Program-made: the position numbers and the translations under genes
In this document: positions 50,801 to 57,888 of the stretch, one piece after another
How the letters are laid out: each line of letters opens with the position of its first letter
Position numbering within the stretch: the stretch's first letter is position 1
Notes under the pieces: generated by a model
Databases searched by the model: none
What the model saw: only the letters and a program-made list of their open reading frames with translations
What the model was told of the DNA's origin: nothing
Origin: a virus
Taxonomy: Duplodnaviria > Caudoviricetes
Virus record (IMG/VR): IMGVR_UViG_3300043372_000090
Location: 2,655 to 66,654 of that record
Direction: 5' to 3' (one strand)
Length of the DNA stretch: 64,000 nucleotides

Positions 50801-51664
50801 AGCAAACGTTTAGGCTACACTGAGCTAAACGATAACTGGACCGTGCAGTTGCCTGTTCTTGGCCGCCTTGCTCAAAATATTAAACCTCTTGCTGAAGCAT
50901 ACTCTCAGGAGAACTACGGTCCAAGGGAGAAAACCGAGGCAGCCCTCAATGGATTGGCTAAACAATTAATTAAGAACAAGATTCACAACGGTGGACAATT
51001 CATCATCAGTAATTTTACTGGCAAAACGTTTAAAGGTTTACCTACATTTGAACGTGATTCTGGATTAAAACTTGCTGTAGAAAATGATGTACGAGCACCA
51101 TTCTATTTTCATCCAACAGGATATCTATTCCCACAACAAAGTAGATTGGCAATGGATACTATGACGCTTGCTCATCAGCGATCTTATTATGAAGACTTGT
51201 TGAAATTAGCCATGTTCTCAGAATCTGCTAAGCAGAACATGTCTATTGAGCAAATGATTAAAGCAGGTACTGTTCCTAATCAATTGCGAGTAAATAAAGA
51301 TCAAGCTAATGAATTATGGTGGAAGTCTACTGTTCCAAAACTATTAGGGTTCAACATTATGTATGAACCAAAGGGTTACCGAATGGTTAACAGATCACCT
51401 GTGCAAGTTGGTGAAAGCAGTATGACGTTTGGACGTTTTGCGTACATGATTAAAGACTGGTACGACTATCCAAATATATTTGAGATGCTACGAAAAGAAC
51501 CTCAAAATATATTTACTGGATGGGATGTGAAAGATCCAAGTGCTTCTACATTTGGAATTGCTGCATCAGAATCTCAAGAGAGAGAAAAGCCAAAAACGAA
51601 TATTCGTTTACCATTAAACAATGTTACTAGGGCTATGATGCAATACAACGGAGATGGCAAATAA
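38882..51664 (+). CDS. giant 4260-aa ejection/polyvalent-type protein with HExxH metallopeptidase motif
   Basis: Uninterrupted ORF; G/A-rich hydrophobic N-terminal segments; TMAHEVSHH at aa 2306; DLS..AIQ-type C-terminal region. Confidence 0.85.
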   Translation: MPQTNQNRNRSLSDSYWRKRYADAGVVKKPGGGVTVTRPSLRIGYDNNQEKTDWLKNNYEPIAKAIESGDSRVISSQVTDVARYGLQQGLLTQKQASYIFDNVTKFRKALSAPVTMGGKPVPFTRLGQTGAPGNVGEVQDTLKHSDLIRYNSDGSWQYDPFNPNQTIRANASRQKQMIADAPKGASTDLAAVGLGIFAAKPLRVAKDFGYNPTFDENTFFGRVGKAAEGIEAGVETALPNLMSGISNRTRYGMSRLYGRTPEEAEADAAALTSETPWYQFSNQVLEPAQTSPNFQIGSVLGQEAVTAIPALYTSLGLLNASASLGGRMLAPLGTQASNVGRYGGIAAAVAAPPTITAFRDQLTGGKSGVSEDVVSGIETIMDPIRSMQQRGVTESQSIGQQEFDPNNVYGQAAQKAALIGLASGGAKEMWRDVKDNASKGMWAFRGSLKETGNPFVAAKSGIAASVETELGKAAAADLGFALTQPLGDIGRLVYSQTRLDKTKPYQTPKPEELLVDTLMGLVASRPGKNAQWIFRGNPLERLEPKTMALASAADIVNAKTPEITNLRKRFEQLRGPDVKPNEADLRRVASAIAKENQSNLDVLSRMETLPDGVTVHRTTDEHVKAYVDEPDTIGADVRSRYDNLLENVRADNERIDIDDDNPLNKIEMLDNYKNDLFSRRRRINELAKAMLPEYKKMFDAMKSGKQPVKTDANFYGIDRGDGTMLVYNRDFTSQKIIPTGEYSDIEMLRPNRQPRSETVDLTPERRELHRSIVGMRENSVTINGIDMVPFGFSKDGIILKDGASNLVRYTYDMLIEEARKAGAAGKSELENELNNLAENAKRIRDSESLQDQRRTNSRTVSDGRFSIDLPDVNDDIQARVIDKVNGFAILQSSAGDYFIVPADQVSSVNVEKEILNPLDSDYDNTNGRLVIHLPDMDTGETYPFEIRLSPDQVEVLSREGVPPDARAFLQEALLTANAFTRDIGDIVTIDTVNPWRGESSSSKYVIVSKSSDHGIAIPIDNPAGTAVMLFDHPELKVQRANTEFLLNELNQSRRISGFDPATVRPTDDPVGNIFKYAFWLSAKNTGDTQPVRLIPAIMDATAVELPTVLHQHILDNLDDTGVIQNVVGSMREWLTKNPESAGDFEFIVNRALSTELTKSSEDMSVMAIGHLSSIAHNADLNDLVDILIGGYDSDRPVGGETFFSSSPRRIGRAQGEFQIMLSAVNMINTFIRRKGRMSEDRLNNMIANFLGKHPAFEGNLENTVTTIKRLLQLSSSINHLAYGVISEKGAIWMMEKLSVLPHEVQVLSALLPFEGMSDAYIADFGNWHTSKTAYDSSVSRARELYAEAATRGEAGIEDLRNSMYDARLGYFFEVAAGGNEIISRRANVNITDATAVDVIRANAQRANNAVGEMIKRVATAKLAVLTKRLQDNQSSPDSSVPVRLDEIATSAMLAAPDGVLHPEQMYDQQGIAAALDNLPAMIELVGNVRTYMDDVSTSSVLPGVTVNSVEDALVGAHQLQTAQLAHEERQQLNAALDAFAALPEKARDIVAGLSSPLLWFVDVVKAVEKSGDNNIRESLIFALVNAQGTDGSSLIPFTLNKLFRSQEDFNKFNDHATVLASKLNSGDPQRLTSIRGAMDQLLQLVDTMVSKNADPLEPDVSLLDDAINYYSSQQIQPAYIKTFIEFASKELITSLIKNATRVSPDAAADVLGSINNYVASNRERIRRAGVFIGERSSIAEAMQIVETASTDGLKYLGVTFDGSRRRLIQDSVQSLINNMNARRIEGSSIKQAEMLLQDAKTMAAEIADFVLGDKGLEIGQDPAVAYTPAVEVQSASLIDALKQGMQFVRTGESPQTQPLLMAGNRAGLEKIILTTLLDAASKAELDYADVDKALMEAVVGPDVARRYFERVKQEDYVKRKVVFEKDPVMRAAIIPGIDGQYTLPSGTAKTELVEGQALFNNYVTKMLNLIKPRDKQKFMDALSNYVDTKRTESGDQQFVFTMSDLMAIAEGFNETRGVLFRSSGDASEFSFGVTNKDSHNAAYKVKSRIASIVRDVTQPSTQNRFSLSDQFTNLGDTASFVDNFEAVDIYQQLPDDSVTMNDAEALTTLYTQMSKDASYTDSQQQQFSSLAKNYRAMSRRKDDSPTKIINRYADARVVASNLAKVYDTYAARMSTKKISTDLEYNYDIDEYKALASLLGVDMLTMSKVLESTNVKQIFTEEILDRDQQRQLVALRAAQLKQDFYNQHHKLFFAHESMMSEMGYSRVQSGNDVNGFITRTKIANAASSILFMAASKNFGKSALTMAHEVSHHLYFALPDTQQLKWLKAVMPPLGRKKDESVTPEEELVNAFINKQTKRLNEFSRLDDENNFRMQSIEDFAAAEGGFNEQQIYNAKMIIGETTATSMMNFILQSGVVHNPNDRLSVAEDLTSSLINLQRVLAPIAKTLSSEYGPYAMVGGKPTNVFYYSPSAVLVKTPSVMGVNRQFYPLKHGSFVHFINDVGKKFSTATNVIDIHDVIMSNKNLISDGGRDALVKVLDNVIKDRDVVNEIADKLVTLSKMRDPSGNKFEYGKQYRLSLSGNEKFIKQDKNTADEQGYPVTGQVVGIARERVTAGLSVDPFKVNGKDWFVSSRKKSDGTQWYGLGIVDMANGIRRMVQSQTRGDYGYVVESTAQIRLHTLYEGKDVDLGVNKIAKLDVPIRYIVGHNYIDGSRNFHMVGSGDGGNPSFMSVLYNMLAKIDQNVLNIAGQRTYEYELRVNDALAEAMRTGDYTKWDKVVSAPLAMSLDKDIANIVARTPVADIRAVQQTGTHPWLRNQSHSRNLYRWARNIKDDGRRSTALGLIDRITEAHAYTVGNSMAGDSRLSFTERLGNVIRAGKGWYSFVPFSADKLAKNGIAPIANAVFEQSFRSYEDLEKFYNELVNARAELFSDPTATSLISVMNKTTALVPVGEAGAVNPRSFLINVDGVTVDASVYFDQVFGLHVEDFNQAWSGFYSQWIGTQLSGWVGENSGLVEGTTRSLSQRLAELHQDLRGGSSEPGLVPVGGLPPVGENAYNRSGLSKTFVKGGKEISVDTVLRQMANRYNTPEQFEQAIRYYANQSDIKLQFSAQTGLKVVPHAVLDHVASKIFTNEAEMVRFMSALVGDIGDGVTQPDVVRARNLFNTVEHMVRTDAKVRNAALRNWKSYELVSTDADKSEVIIRSPDRDIAADEVGASKSGALYRVNMQTGKTHLVAKSRRFDSQSNKWVESYENIQDVDDFLKYNWTRKPNDTPRKDPYAFDKKPNATSINAKQLFGFDGVEKVNDALVALAGERAASYGYLSGEPIYFMLPISVAEISELSTPIFDPDVPTPNTGMHIIKGEYDSKEAKWSFVDTSDNWQNADNYRTQMPIGLMDMVLNPFERSSAMTVVEEKRQGVINNRMLQEEYHVAKLLMAQDRNSDNPKHAEFNKVGQKMLFNNESDLMQDASTGTWFSSSPRYFDGQPDNIPELRKQTALHINDSEDPYVESSKGVLDDLAVDAKERAYRVPETITYHRDPKTKGGMLQSGGKDNVVLQVSSDIYDKLVLDPLKGTPYETTVKDGQAITLDGKDSDVYFSMSPKVTEAAHNVNKYVLSPMQQIFRGVLGLDLSSFAIQLGSLLARAPYQTFKALALSAPSLVTFSSADIGLVLGSLWHGARHQRRLAGGNQWTDSAMNLDSRYYEFIMNHTVDRFNAVHNMGTPISMSELIDTYYMQSSYSDWYKRSKANMLATPGRYKTIIDTPWESERENVFTAGVLGATVPLWRRAEMTRQLILDLSMLQQALFTVKRARERQLDPNNKDIQDYEIDRDIKARMSLVAKEIGIGSHAKSKTQAPIWRGLSSVVNYFMTAPSYTRNFNQYYGFSGPGVAAKKSINEWARVATDKGPWWLKGEVFDIESDLRMEQYGTDWANRQRRGDITKTLVTWAFLGALNATVNFLRHQKERPDEEEDKTGWLDIMSKRLGYTELNDNWTVQLPVLGRLAQNIKPLAEAYSQENYGPREKTEAALNGLAKQLIKNKIHNGGQFIISNFTGKTFKGLPTFERDSGLKLAVENDVRAPFYFHPTGYLFPQQSRLAMDTMTLAHQRSYYEDLLKLAMFSESAKQNMSIEQMIKAGTVPNQLRVNKDQANELWWKSTVPKLLGFNIMYEPKGYRMVNRSPVQVGESSMTFGRFAYMIKDWYDYPNIFEMLRKEPQNIFTGWDVKDPSASTFGIAASESQEREKPKTNIRLPLNNVTRAMMQYNGDGK

Positions 51665-52455
51665 TGAATAATAATGATTTAGCAAAAGAGTTTTTGGCTA
51701 TTGCTAGTAAGTATGTTGGTGTATCTGAAGATCCATTTGGAAGTAATCGTGGAGATTTAATTGATAAATGGAATCGTCAAAGTAATGTCTCTGTTGGAAG
51801 TTTTTGGTGTTGCTCATTTGTTTCTGCTATGGGCAAAGAGTTTCAAGATGTTCATAACATTGATTGGCCTGTGCCTATTACTGCTGATTGTGACGTCGTT
51901 TATAGCTGGGCAAGAAGACGCCAACTACTAACGGCAGCTCCGTCTGCGGGTGACTTGTTTGTTTGCCATCGTGGTGATGATGCTTATCATATAGGTATTG
52001 TTGATAATGAAGGTGCTGATGGAGTTATTGGCAGCATAGAAGGTAACAGTAATAACAATGGTAGTCGAAATGGATATTTAGTGGCTCGACGTCCTAATGT
52101 TTTTGCAAATAGAACTGCTGATAGTTTGAAATTTATTCGATGGACATCGATTATTCAACATGATGAAGACTGGATTTTAAAGGTCAGGAACAAACAAGTT
52201 GAATGTATTAATCATGCAAGTCGTGTGTACGCTCCATTGCGTAGCACATTAAACATGTTCTTTACGTCACATGAAGTACTCGTGAATTTAAAAGCAACAG
52301 ATGATGGTGCTATGTGGGGTGATGAAATAATCCCTGCACCTTTGATTACACGAGACGGTAAACGTTATATAGGTGTCAGGGATTTATCTCTTTGGTTAAA
52401 ATGCTCTATTACAATTAATAATGTAAATAAAACAGTTACATTATTAAAGCCCTAA
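51664..52455 (+). CDS. CHAP-domain endolysin with copper-amine-oxidase-N-like C-terminal domain
   Basis: E.P.GSNRG, WCCSFV, GDL, HIGIV, IEGNS motifs; C-terminal VYAPLR and YIGVRDL repeats. Confidence 0.82.
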   Translation: MNNNDLAKEFLAIASKYVGVSEDPFGSNRGDLIDKWNRQSNVSVGSFWCCSFVSAMGKEFQDVHNIDWPVPITADCDVVYSWARRRQLLTAAPSAGDLFVCHRGDDAYHIGIVDNEGADGVIGSIEGNSNNNGSRNGYLVARRPNVFANRTADSLKFIRWTSIIQHDEDWILKVRNKQVECINHASRVYAPLRSTLNMFFTSHEVLVNLKATDDGAMWGDEIIPAPLITRDGKRYIGVRDLSLWLKCSITINNVNKTVTLLKP

Positions 52456-53820
52456 AGCATCGTATTCAGTAAATCTGGCGTACCGGGGTTCAAAGTTTAG
52501 CAATGAAACTCCGGTACGTCCATTTCTATTCTTAGCCGTAATCACCTCAGCCTTATCAATAGTCTGTTCCTCTTCACCAACCTGCTTTGATTCATAGTAT
52601 CCAGCACGATAAATAAATTGGATGACGTCTGCATCAGATTCAATATCTCCAGATTCACGTAAGTCTGACATCATTGGTCTCTTGTCTTGCCGTTGTTCTA
52701 CAGCGCGAGACAAACTAGAAAGAGCAATAACAGGACACGCAAACTCACGTGCAATATCTTTAAGACCACGACTTATAACTCCAATATCTCTAGTTCTGTT
52801 TTCAGACTTGTATGCTGATGGCATTGCAATCATCTGTAAGTAATCAACAACCACCAAGCCAACATGAAAAGATTTTTGTGTGGATGCAATGGCATCTCTG
52901 ATTCCTCCAATGGTGACAGTTTTATCTGCGACAATCCTAACATTCAGTGTCTTAGCCTCTCTAGCTACTGTGTGTAGCTGATCCTTCTGATAGTTATTCA
53001 GTTTCTTAGTCTGTATAACTTGACTATCCACTTCACTGTAGATTGATAACATACGTGCAGTGACCATGTCTTTCGACATCTCTGCACTAACAATGAGCAC
53101 ACCAGTCTTTTGATCTAAGCTTCTCATAAACTTAGCTGCATTCCATGCATATTGCAATCCAAGACTAGACTTACCCATAGATGGTCTGCCACCTAATATA
53201 ATCAATTCTCCATTTCTCCAGCCTCCTGTAATCAAATCTATCTCATTGTAACCAGAATCTATGGAATAGTCTGTTTTGTCACTCTCTCTAGCTATTGCGT
53301 CATTAGTTGTATCCCACATTAATTTAGATAAATCGTCTGTGGTGTTTCCGGAATTGATAAACGAAACAGAGTTATTTAAATCAGCAATGATTTTGTCAAT
53401 GTCAGAATCACAATCAGATGCCTTCTTGCTTGCTAACTCCGATGAGAAAATGATCTCCCTACGTCGGTGATAGTCGGTTACTAGTTTGACATAACTCTCG
53501 TAGTTCGATGTTGATGGCAGTAACTCAGCACATTGCATAATGTACGCTAGGCCACCACATGCTTCTAGTGCATTACGCCTTGTTAGCTCCTCGTTCACGG
53601 TCACAATGTCTATGTCTTGACCAGATGCATCTATGGTTGTGTAGGCCTCCCATATGAGGCTATGAGCCACCCTATAGAACATCCCTTTGTCAATGTGTGA
53701 CAGGCTTTTGAACAGCCTCTTACCACCAAGAAGAACAGACGCTACAAGTGATTGCTCACTCATAACGTCCGATGGGATTTCTATGTTGAAGCCAAGGCTT
53801 CTATTCTGAACGTTGCTCAT
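52444..53820 (-). CDS. dnaB: replicative DNA helicase
   Basis: EQSLVASVL start, GGRPSMGKS Walker A, VVVDYLQ, SLSRAVEQR.DKRP.MSDLRESG.IE.DAD, KNRNG.TG. Confidence 0.97.
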   Translation of the reverse strand: MSNVQNRSLGFNIEIPSDVMSEQSLVASVLLGGKRLFKSLSHIDKGMFYRVAHSLIWEAYTTIDASGQDIDIVTVNEELTRRNALEACGGLAYIMQCAELLPSTSNYESYVKLVTDYHRRREIIFSSELASKKASDCDSDIDKIIADLNNSVSFINSGNTTDDLSKLMWDTTNDAIARESDKTDYSIDSGYNEIDLITGGWRNGELIILGGRPSMGKSSLGLQYAWNAAKFMRSLDQKTGVLIVSAEMSKDMVTARMLSIYSEVDSQVIQTKKLNNYQKDQLHTVAREAKTLNVRIVADKTVTIGGIRDAIASTQKSFHVGLVVVDYLQMIAMPSAYKSENRTRDIGVISRGLKDIAREFACPVIALSSLSRAVEQRQDKRPMMSDLRESGDIESDADVIQFIYRAGYYESKQVGEEEQTIDKAEVITAKNRNGRTGVSLLNFEPRYARFTEYDALGL

Positions 53821-54235
53821 CTATGTGTTCCTGTATCCTTGTCAATAAGACATCATTGACCACTTCTTGTAACTGCTGCCCCTTGACTGGAGGCTCTACT
53901 CTCCATGCCTTTAGTCCACCAGTCTTGGCTACAACATGCTGAAGTGTTGGGTGCAACTTGTGGTATGGAGTACCAAGGCGAATTGCTTCAGCAATGTCAT
54001 TGATTACATTGTGAGGTAAGTAATCGCCGTACTTTACGGTTGCAATACTAATTAATACTTCCGATGGTGTTGGACGAAACTTTGCACGTGTAAGGATGCG
54101 CTTAGCTCCATCCCTTATGTCTTCATCACTAATCCCGGTAATAGCCACACGATATACCGTATCGCTTGTTGCACTCCACTGAATGCTACTTGGCAACTGT
54201 GATAGCACAGCCAATAACTTATCCGTTGTTGTCAT
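53801..54235 (-). CDS. helicase loader/replisome organiser-like protein
   Basis: Lies between initiator and dnaB; KFRPTPSE motif. Confidence 0.5.
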   Translation of the reverse strand: MTTTDKLLAVLSQLPSSIQWSATSDTVYRVAITGISDEDIRDGAKRILTRAKFRPTPSEVLISIATVKYGDYLPHNVINDIAEAIRLGTPYHKLHPTLQHVVAKTGGLKAWRVEPPVKGQQLQEVVNDVLLTRIQEHIDEQRSE

Positions 54236-54932
54236 TAAACCAATCCTCCATCACTACAACCGTCACAGGTATTTCATACTTTGGTACAGCATGTGTTTCC
54301 CAGTGCTTCCACAATGAGCGAACTGTGACCATTTCTGCATTTGTCCATTTGCTCAATAAAATACAAACACGCTGCTCTATTTCAACAGGCGTTACTCCAG
54401 CCTTATGCATCTGCCATATCGTTAGACGTACATCTTTCCACTCCTTGTCTGTAATTGCTGACTCAGACACAGCCCCCCATCGTGCTCTCTTAAATGCTTT
54501 GTATAAAGGAAATGCTGGATCATCTTCCTTGACTGCATCTGCCTTAACTTGCTTGACTGATGTAATCTTTGCGTCTGGATCGTGTTCGATAGAGTCAGGA
54601 AACAACTTGTATCCATTGCTAGTTGTTCTCCCGCTAGGAGAAGTTCTTGCATTGATCTCAAGTAATCTCTTGTCGTTTATCTTCATGCCTGTTAGATAAT
54701 GGAGAGCAGTCTTCACTGTAGTCTCCGACAATCCAGTGCATTCAACAATACGCCTTATACTAGGCCAGCAGTAACCATCGTTATCTACATGCATAACTAA
54801 TGCCATGAAGACAACAAACCCTGATGGAGTAAATGACTTTATGTGGTCAACAAGTAAACGATCTATCTGCACAAAGCCAGACGAACGCTCACCTGACAAG
54901 CCAAATGACTTGCCGTTAAATACGGTAATCAT
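54219..54932 (-). CDS. replication initiator with N-terminal winged HTH
   Basis: VFMAL..H.DN.GYCWPSIRRI...TGLSETTV..AL..L. Confidence 0.75.
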   Translation of the reverse strand: MITVFNGKSFGLSGERSSGFVQIDRLLVDHIKSFTPSGFVVFMALVMHVDNDGYCWPSIRRIVECTGLSETTVKTALHYLTGMKINDKRLLEINARTSPSGRTTSNGYKLFPDSIEHDPDAKITSVKQVKADAVKEDDPAFPLYKAFKRARWGAVSESAITDKEWKDVRLTIWQMHKAGVTPVEIEQRVCILLSKWTNAEMVTVRSLWKHWETHAVPKYEIPVTVVVMEDWFNDNNG

Positions 54933-54941
54933 GCCTTACCT

Positions 54942-55544
54942 CTAGTTGTTATATGGACATTCAGTGCAATATCTTTGCACTGTTTCTGTTTTTGTTTCTA
55001 TTGCTTCACAAAGCGCGTTAAGTCCATCCTTATATGAACTAATCATCTCCAATGCTTTATTTGCATCATCAACAGACCAACCTTCAGGGATGGTGATTTG
55101 TTTTAATGGCTTTTTCTCTTCTTCTTGCTCTCCTTTTAATTCTTTTTCAAATTCTGTTACAGATAGATTACGAGCTTTTGCTGACTCTAAGAGTTGCTTT
55201 TGTTGTTCCGTTCCCATATGCGCGACAATTCTGTGGTGAGTCCAACTGATACCTGCAATACGGTTATCAATAGGAACATTGCTAGAAACCCAACTCCAGT
55301 TAGCAAGACTCTGATAAGCGCAACCAGTAGCATCCATAGCCTGTGCATACTTTTCTCCGTATCTTTTTTGTCCGTAATTTAATGCGTCACCAATTGCAAA
55401 TTGAAATGCTGTAGTAAGTTGTTGCAGTGTAGCCATTAATCGTAGCCACTGATCGTATTCAATATCGTGATTAAACTGTAACCCTACGTCAGTTACGCTG
55501 ACAGCGTCTGGGATACTGCCTATGTAAACTAATTCATCACTCAT
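54942..55544 (-). CDS. LmbU-like DNA-binding protein
   Basis: FAIGDALNYG..RYGEKY.QA...TG..YQSL.NW.WV...V....R...ISW.HH. Confidence 0.65.
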   Translation of the reverse strand: MSDELVYIGSIPDAVSVTDVGLQFNHDIEYDQWLRLMATLQQLTTAFQFAIGDALNYGQKRYGEKYAQAMDATGCAYQSLANWSWVSSNVPIDNRIAGISWTHHRIVAHMGTEQQKQLLESAKARNLSVTEFEKELKGEQEEEKKPLKQITIPEGWSVDDANKALEMISSYKDGLNALCEAIETKTETVQRYCTECPYNN

Positions 55545-55562
55545 TTATTTTCCTTTATGGAT

Positions 55563-55638
55563 ACAAAAGGACCACGGTGTTGATGTCCGTGGTCCTTCAT
55601 TTGGTAGTTGTGCTCCGTTGGATATTGGTACGGAGCAC
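55563..55638 (-). terminator. tandem hairpins; the downstream one has a U tract
   Basis: GTGCTCCGT/ACGGAGCAC (55610-55638) and AAGGACCACGG/CCGTGGTCCTT (55567-55597). Confidence 0.7.
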
Positions 55639-55644
55639 TCAATC

Positions 55645-56208
55645 TTACGGCTCTATATCTGTAGCTGTCAATGACTTTATACTAAAGTTTTCAGATGCTT
55701 CAGTCATGCTAAATAGCTCAGGGTATTGATCGACAAGTGTAAGCTGTACTTCTTTTGGTATCTTACTTTTGTATACCTTGGCCTCAAATTTAACAGCGTC
55801 AAGATTAAGGGGAATAACCATAGCAGCCTTCTCATCGTCAAGGATCGAGAATAAAGGCGATGAAGTACGCCATGCTACTTGACCCCAAGGGCATTTCCAT
55901 GTCTTAGCTTTACCAGTCAATTGTTTCTTAGCGAAATCTGCAATCTGTGCACCATATCGTGCTTGCAGCCACTGTACTTTGCGCTCTTTGTCTTTGACCA
56001 TAGACTTACAGCGCTCTACAACAGACTGCATTGCTAACTGCTGTGCTTTAAGCTCAGTCTCGTATTGCAATAGACGTTGCATAGCCAGCAACACATCATC
56101 TTCTGTTGCTAGTTCCTCACCTAGCCAACCATCAACTGGACCGGCATATTCGCCGGTCTCAATCTCGTAATAACTATCTCCAATGATGTCAAATTTTGTC
56201 TGATCCAA
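55645..56208 (-). CDS. Mu Gam-like host-nuclease inhibitor
   Basis: Coiled coil followed by K.KTWK.PWG.V.WR. Confidence 0.65.
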   Translation of the reverse strand: MDQTKFDIIGDSYYEIETGEYAGPVDGWLGEELATEDDVLLAMQRLLQYETELKAQQLAMQSVVERCKSMVKDKERKVQWLQARYGAQIADFAKKQLTGKAKTWKCPWGQVAWRTSSPLFSILDDEKAAMVIPLNLDAVKFEAKVYKSKIPKEVQLTLVDQYPELFSMTEASENFSIKSLTATDIEP

Positions 56209-56209
56209 T

Positions 56210-56806
56210 TTATTCCTCCTCTGCCAAGAACACCGACTCTGCTTCTTCCGGTGTGTTGAAATCCATTAATACTTTTACTACTAATGTAAGATTTGTGTCG
56301 CTTGTATCGTTGTGCCCAGCCAGTTTAAAGAACACACGTTTCATGTCTGCTGGCGTAATATTAGAACCCCATATACGTTTACATTCAAGAGCAAATTGCT
56401 TACCCGGAGTTAGCGTTGTTGCAGTTCCAGTAACCTTTACTGTCTGCGGTGCATCTACAATACGCATATCACCAGATGGCGTAATAGGTTCTTCTAACTC
56501 CTGAGCAAACAACGTGCCATACCCACACAAGGCCAGTGCTCGCCCAATGGCGCCGGTTTCTGCTTTCTCTCGGTAATCAGCAAAGTGCTTCTCATGTTCT
56601 GTCTTGTGAGCTTTTGCAATTAATCGCCCATTATTATCAAGGATTTCAGCTGCAAATGTACAATAGTCAGCGCCCGAAAGTTCGGGCACTGCATACGTAT
56701 TAACTGTCCAATCTGGGCACTCATCTCTAAACCAAGCAATGCGAGCCGCAACGGGTAAATACTGTTTGCCTTTAAGGCTAATAAAGTGATCACGTGGGTT
56801 AAACAT
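56210..56806 (-). CDS. Rad52/Sak-like single-strand annealing protein
   Basis: YLPVAARIAWFR ... EKAETGAIGRALA..G. Confidence 0.7.
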   Translation of the reverse strand: MFNPRDHFISLKGKQYLPVAARIAWFRDECPDWTVNTYAVPELSGADYCTFAAEILDNNGRLIAKAHKTEHEKHFADYREKAETGAIGRALALCGYGTLFAQELEEPITPSGDMRIVDAPQTVKVTGTATTLTPGKQFALECKRIWGSNITPADMKRVFFKLAGHNDTSDTNLTLVVKVLMDFNTPEEAESVFLAEEE

Positions 56807-56810
56807 TTAT

Positions 56811-57476
56811 TTATTCTCCAAACAACTCTTTCTTCATATCGTCAGTTAATGTTTCTAAAGCTGCTTTACTACTAGTAACAGCAAGAAGTATGTCGTAGAT
56901 AGTCTCATCAAATATTCCGTATCTATATTTGTCAGCAAGTATGCCTAATGGCAATGCAGTAAACATGGTAAATCTATCTGTTGGTGAAAACATATTTACT
57001 AATTCATTAGGCGAACTACCAAAATGAACACATGTTTGACCATCAATATCAATCGTTTTACAATGTAGTTCATTGAGTGCGTATTGCTTTGGGTCAATCA
57101 ACACTGACGCCAAAATAGTCTCATTTGGATAAAGATGATTGCCAGATGCTGCAAAAACATTATCTGGCACATGATTTTCGCAACCGTACACATACATAAG
57201 TTTTTCATTGTAATGCAGTGCTCGAAACTCAGAAAGTAAAGCTTTCCACGTTATAGATATAGCATTTTTATTGAATTGTTTAAAATATTCTGGATCATCA
57301 TTTACTTCTATAAAGATCTTGTCTGCAATACTGGATGAGAACCATGATACTGAATCTCCATCTTCAGTAAATGATACATAGGTACTCTCGTACCATTTCT
57401 TTGCAACATAGTAATCCATGTACTCTGGTTCAACAGGATACAAGTATTGCTTGCGTTTATTTTTGTCTGTACTCAT
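56811..57476 (-). CDS. hypothetical protein
   Basis: 221-aa ORF in the operon. Confidence 0.75.
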   Translation of the reverse strand: MSTDKNKRKQYLYPVEPEYMDYYVAKKWYESTYVSFTEDGDSVSWFSSSIADKIFIEVNDDPEYFKQFNKNAISITWKALLSEFRALHYNEKLMYVYGCENHVPDNVFAASGNHLYPNETILASVLIDPKQYALNELHCKTIDIDGQTCVHFGSSPNELVNMFSPTDRFTMFTALPLGILADKYRYGIFDETIYDILLAVTSSKAALETLTDDMKKELFGE

Positions 57477-57888
57477 TGTCGATAAACTCCTCTAATTTTT
57501 TAATTGTGTGTTCGTTACCAATAACTAACTCTGCTGTGTGTATTGCATTTAGCACTTCATCTAAAGACCTACACACTTTAGTTACATTCATGTCTGCGAA
57601 TATTTGCTGCTCTATTTGTACTTTTCCTTTCGTTGTTTTTAACTCTATGCCAACTCCAACTGGTATCTTCCATTTAGAATTGTGAACATAAAGATCTGGT
57701 AGCCCTACACTATTACCTTGCCATCCAGTGGCATAGTGTCTTGTTTTACATGTAGGGCACATAACTTTTGACCGTGCCTTTCCTGACTCGAAAACGGTGT
57801 AACCTAACAGTCGCAACGACTGGACTACCAATTGTTGCAACTGTTTTTCTGTTAGCGATTGAACCAATAAGCGACTGCGATTAACCAT
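57457..57888 (-). CDS. VRR-NUC / PD-(D/E)xK nuclease, possible resolvase
   Basis: EKQLQ..V...L, GLPDL, IELKT.KGK....Q. Confidence 0.8.
   Translation of the reverse strand: MVNRSRLLVQSLTEKQLQQLVVQSLRLLGYTVFESGKARSKVMCPTCKTRHYATGWQGNSVGLPDLYVHNSKWKIPVGVGIELKTTKGKVQIEQQIFADMNVTKVCRSLDEVLNAIHTAELVIGNEHTIKKLEEFIDNEYRQK

Noticed and set aside
9369-51000. Many 60-190-aa antisense or alternate-frame ORFs inside the long + strand genes (for example 23420..23935, 31165..31728)
   Set aside because: They are shadows of long or repetitive coding sequence, with no SD, promoter or recognisable motif.
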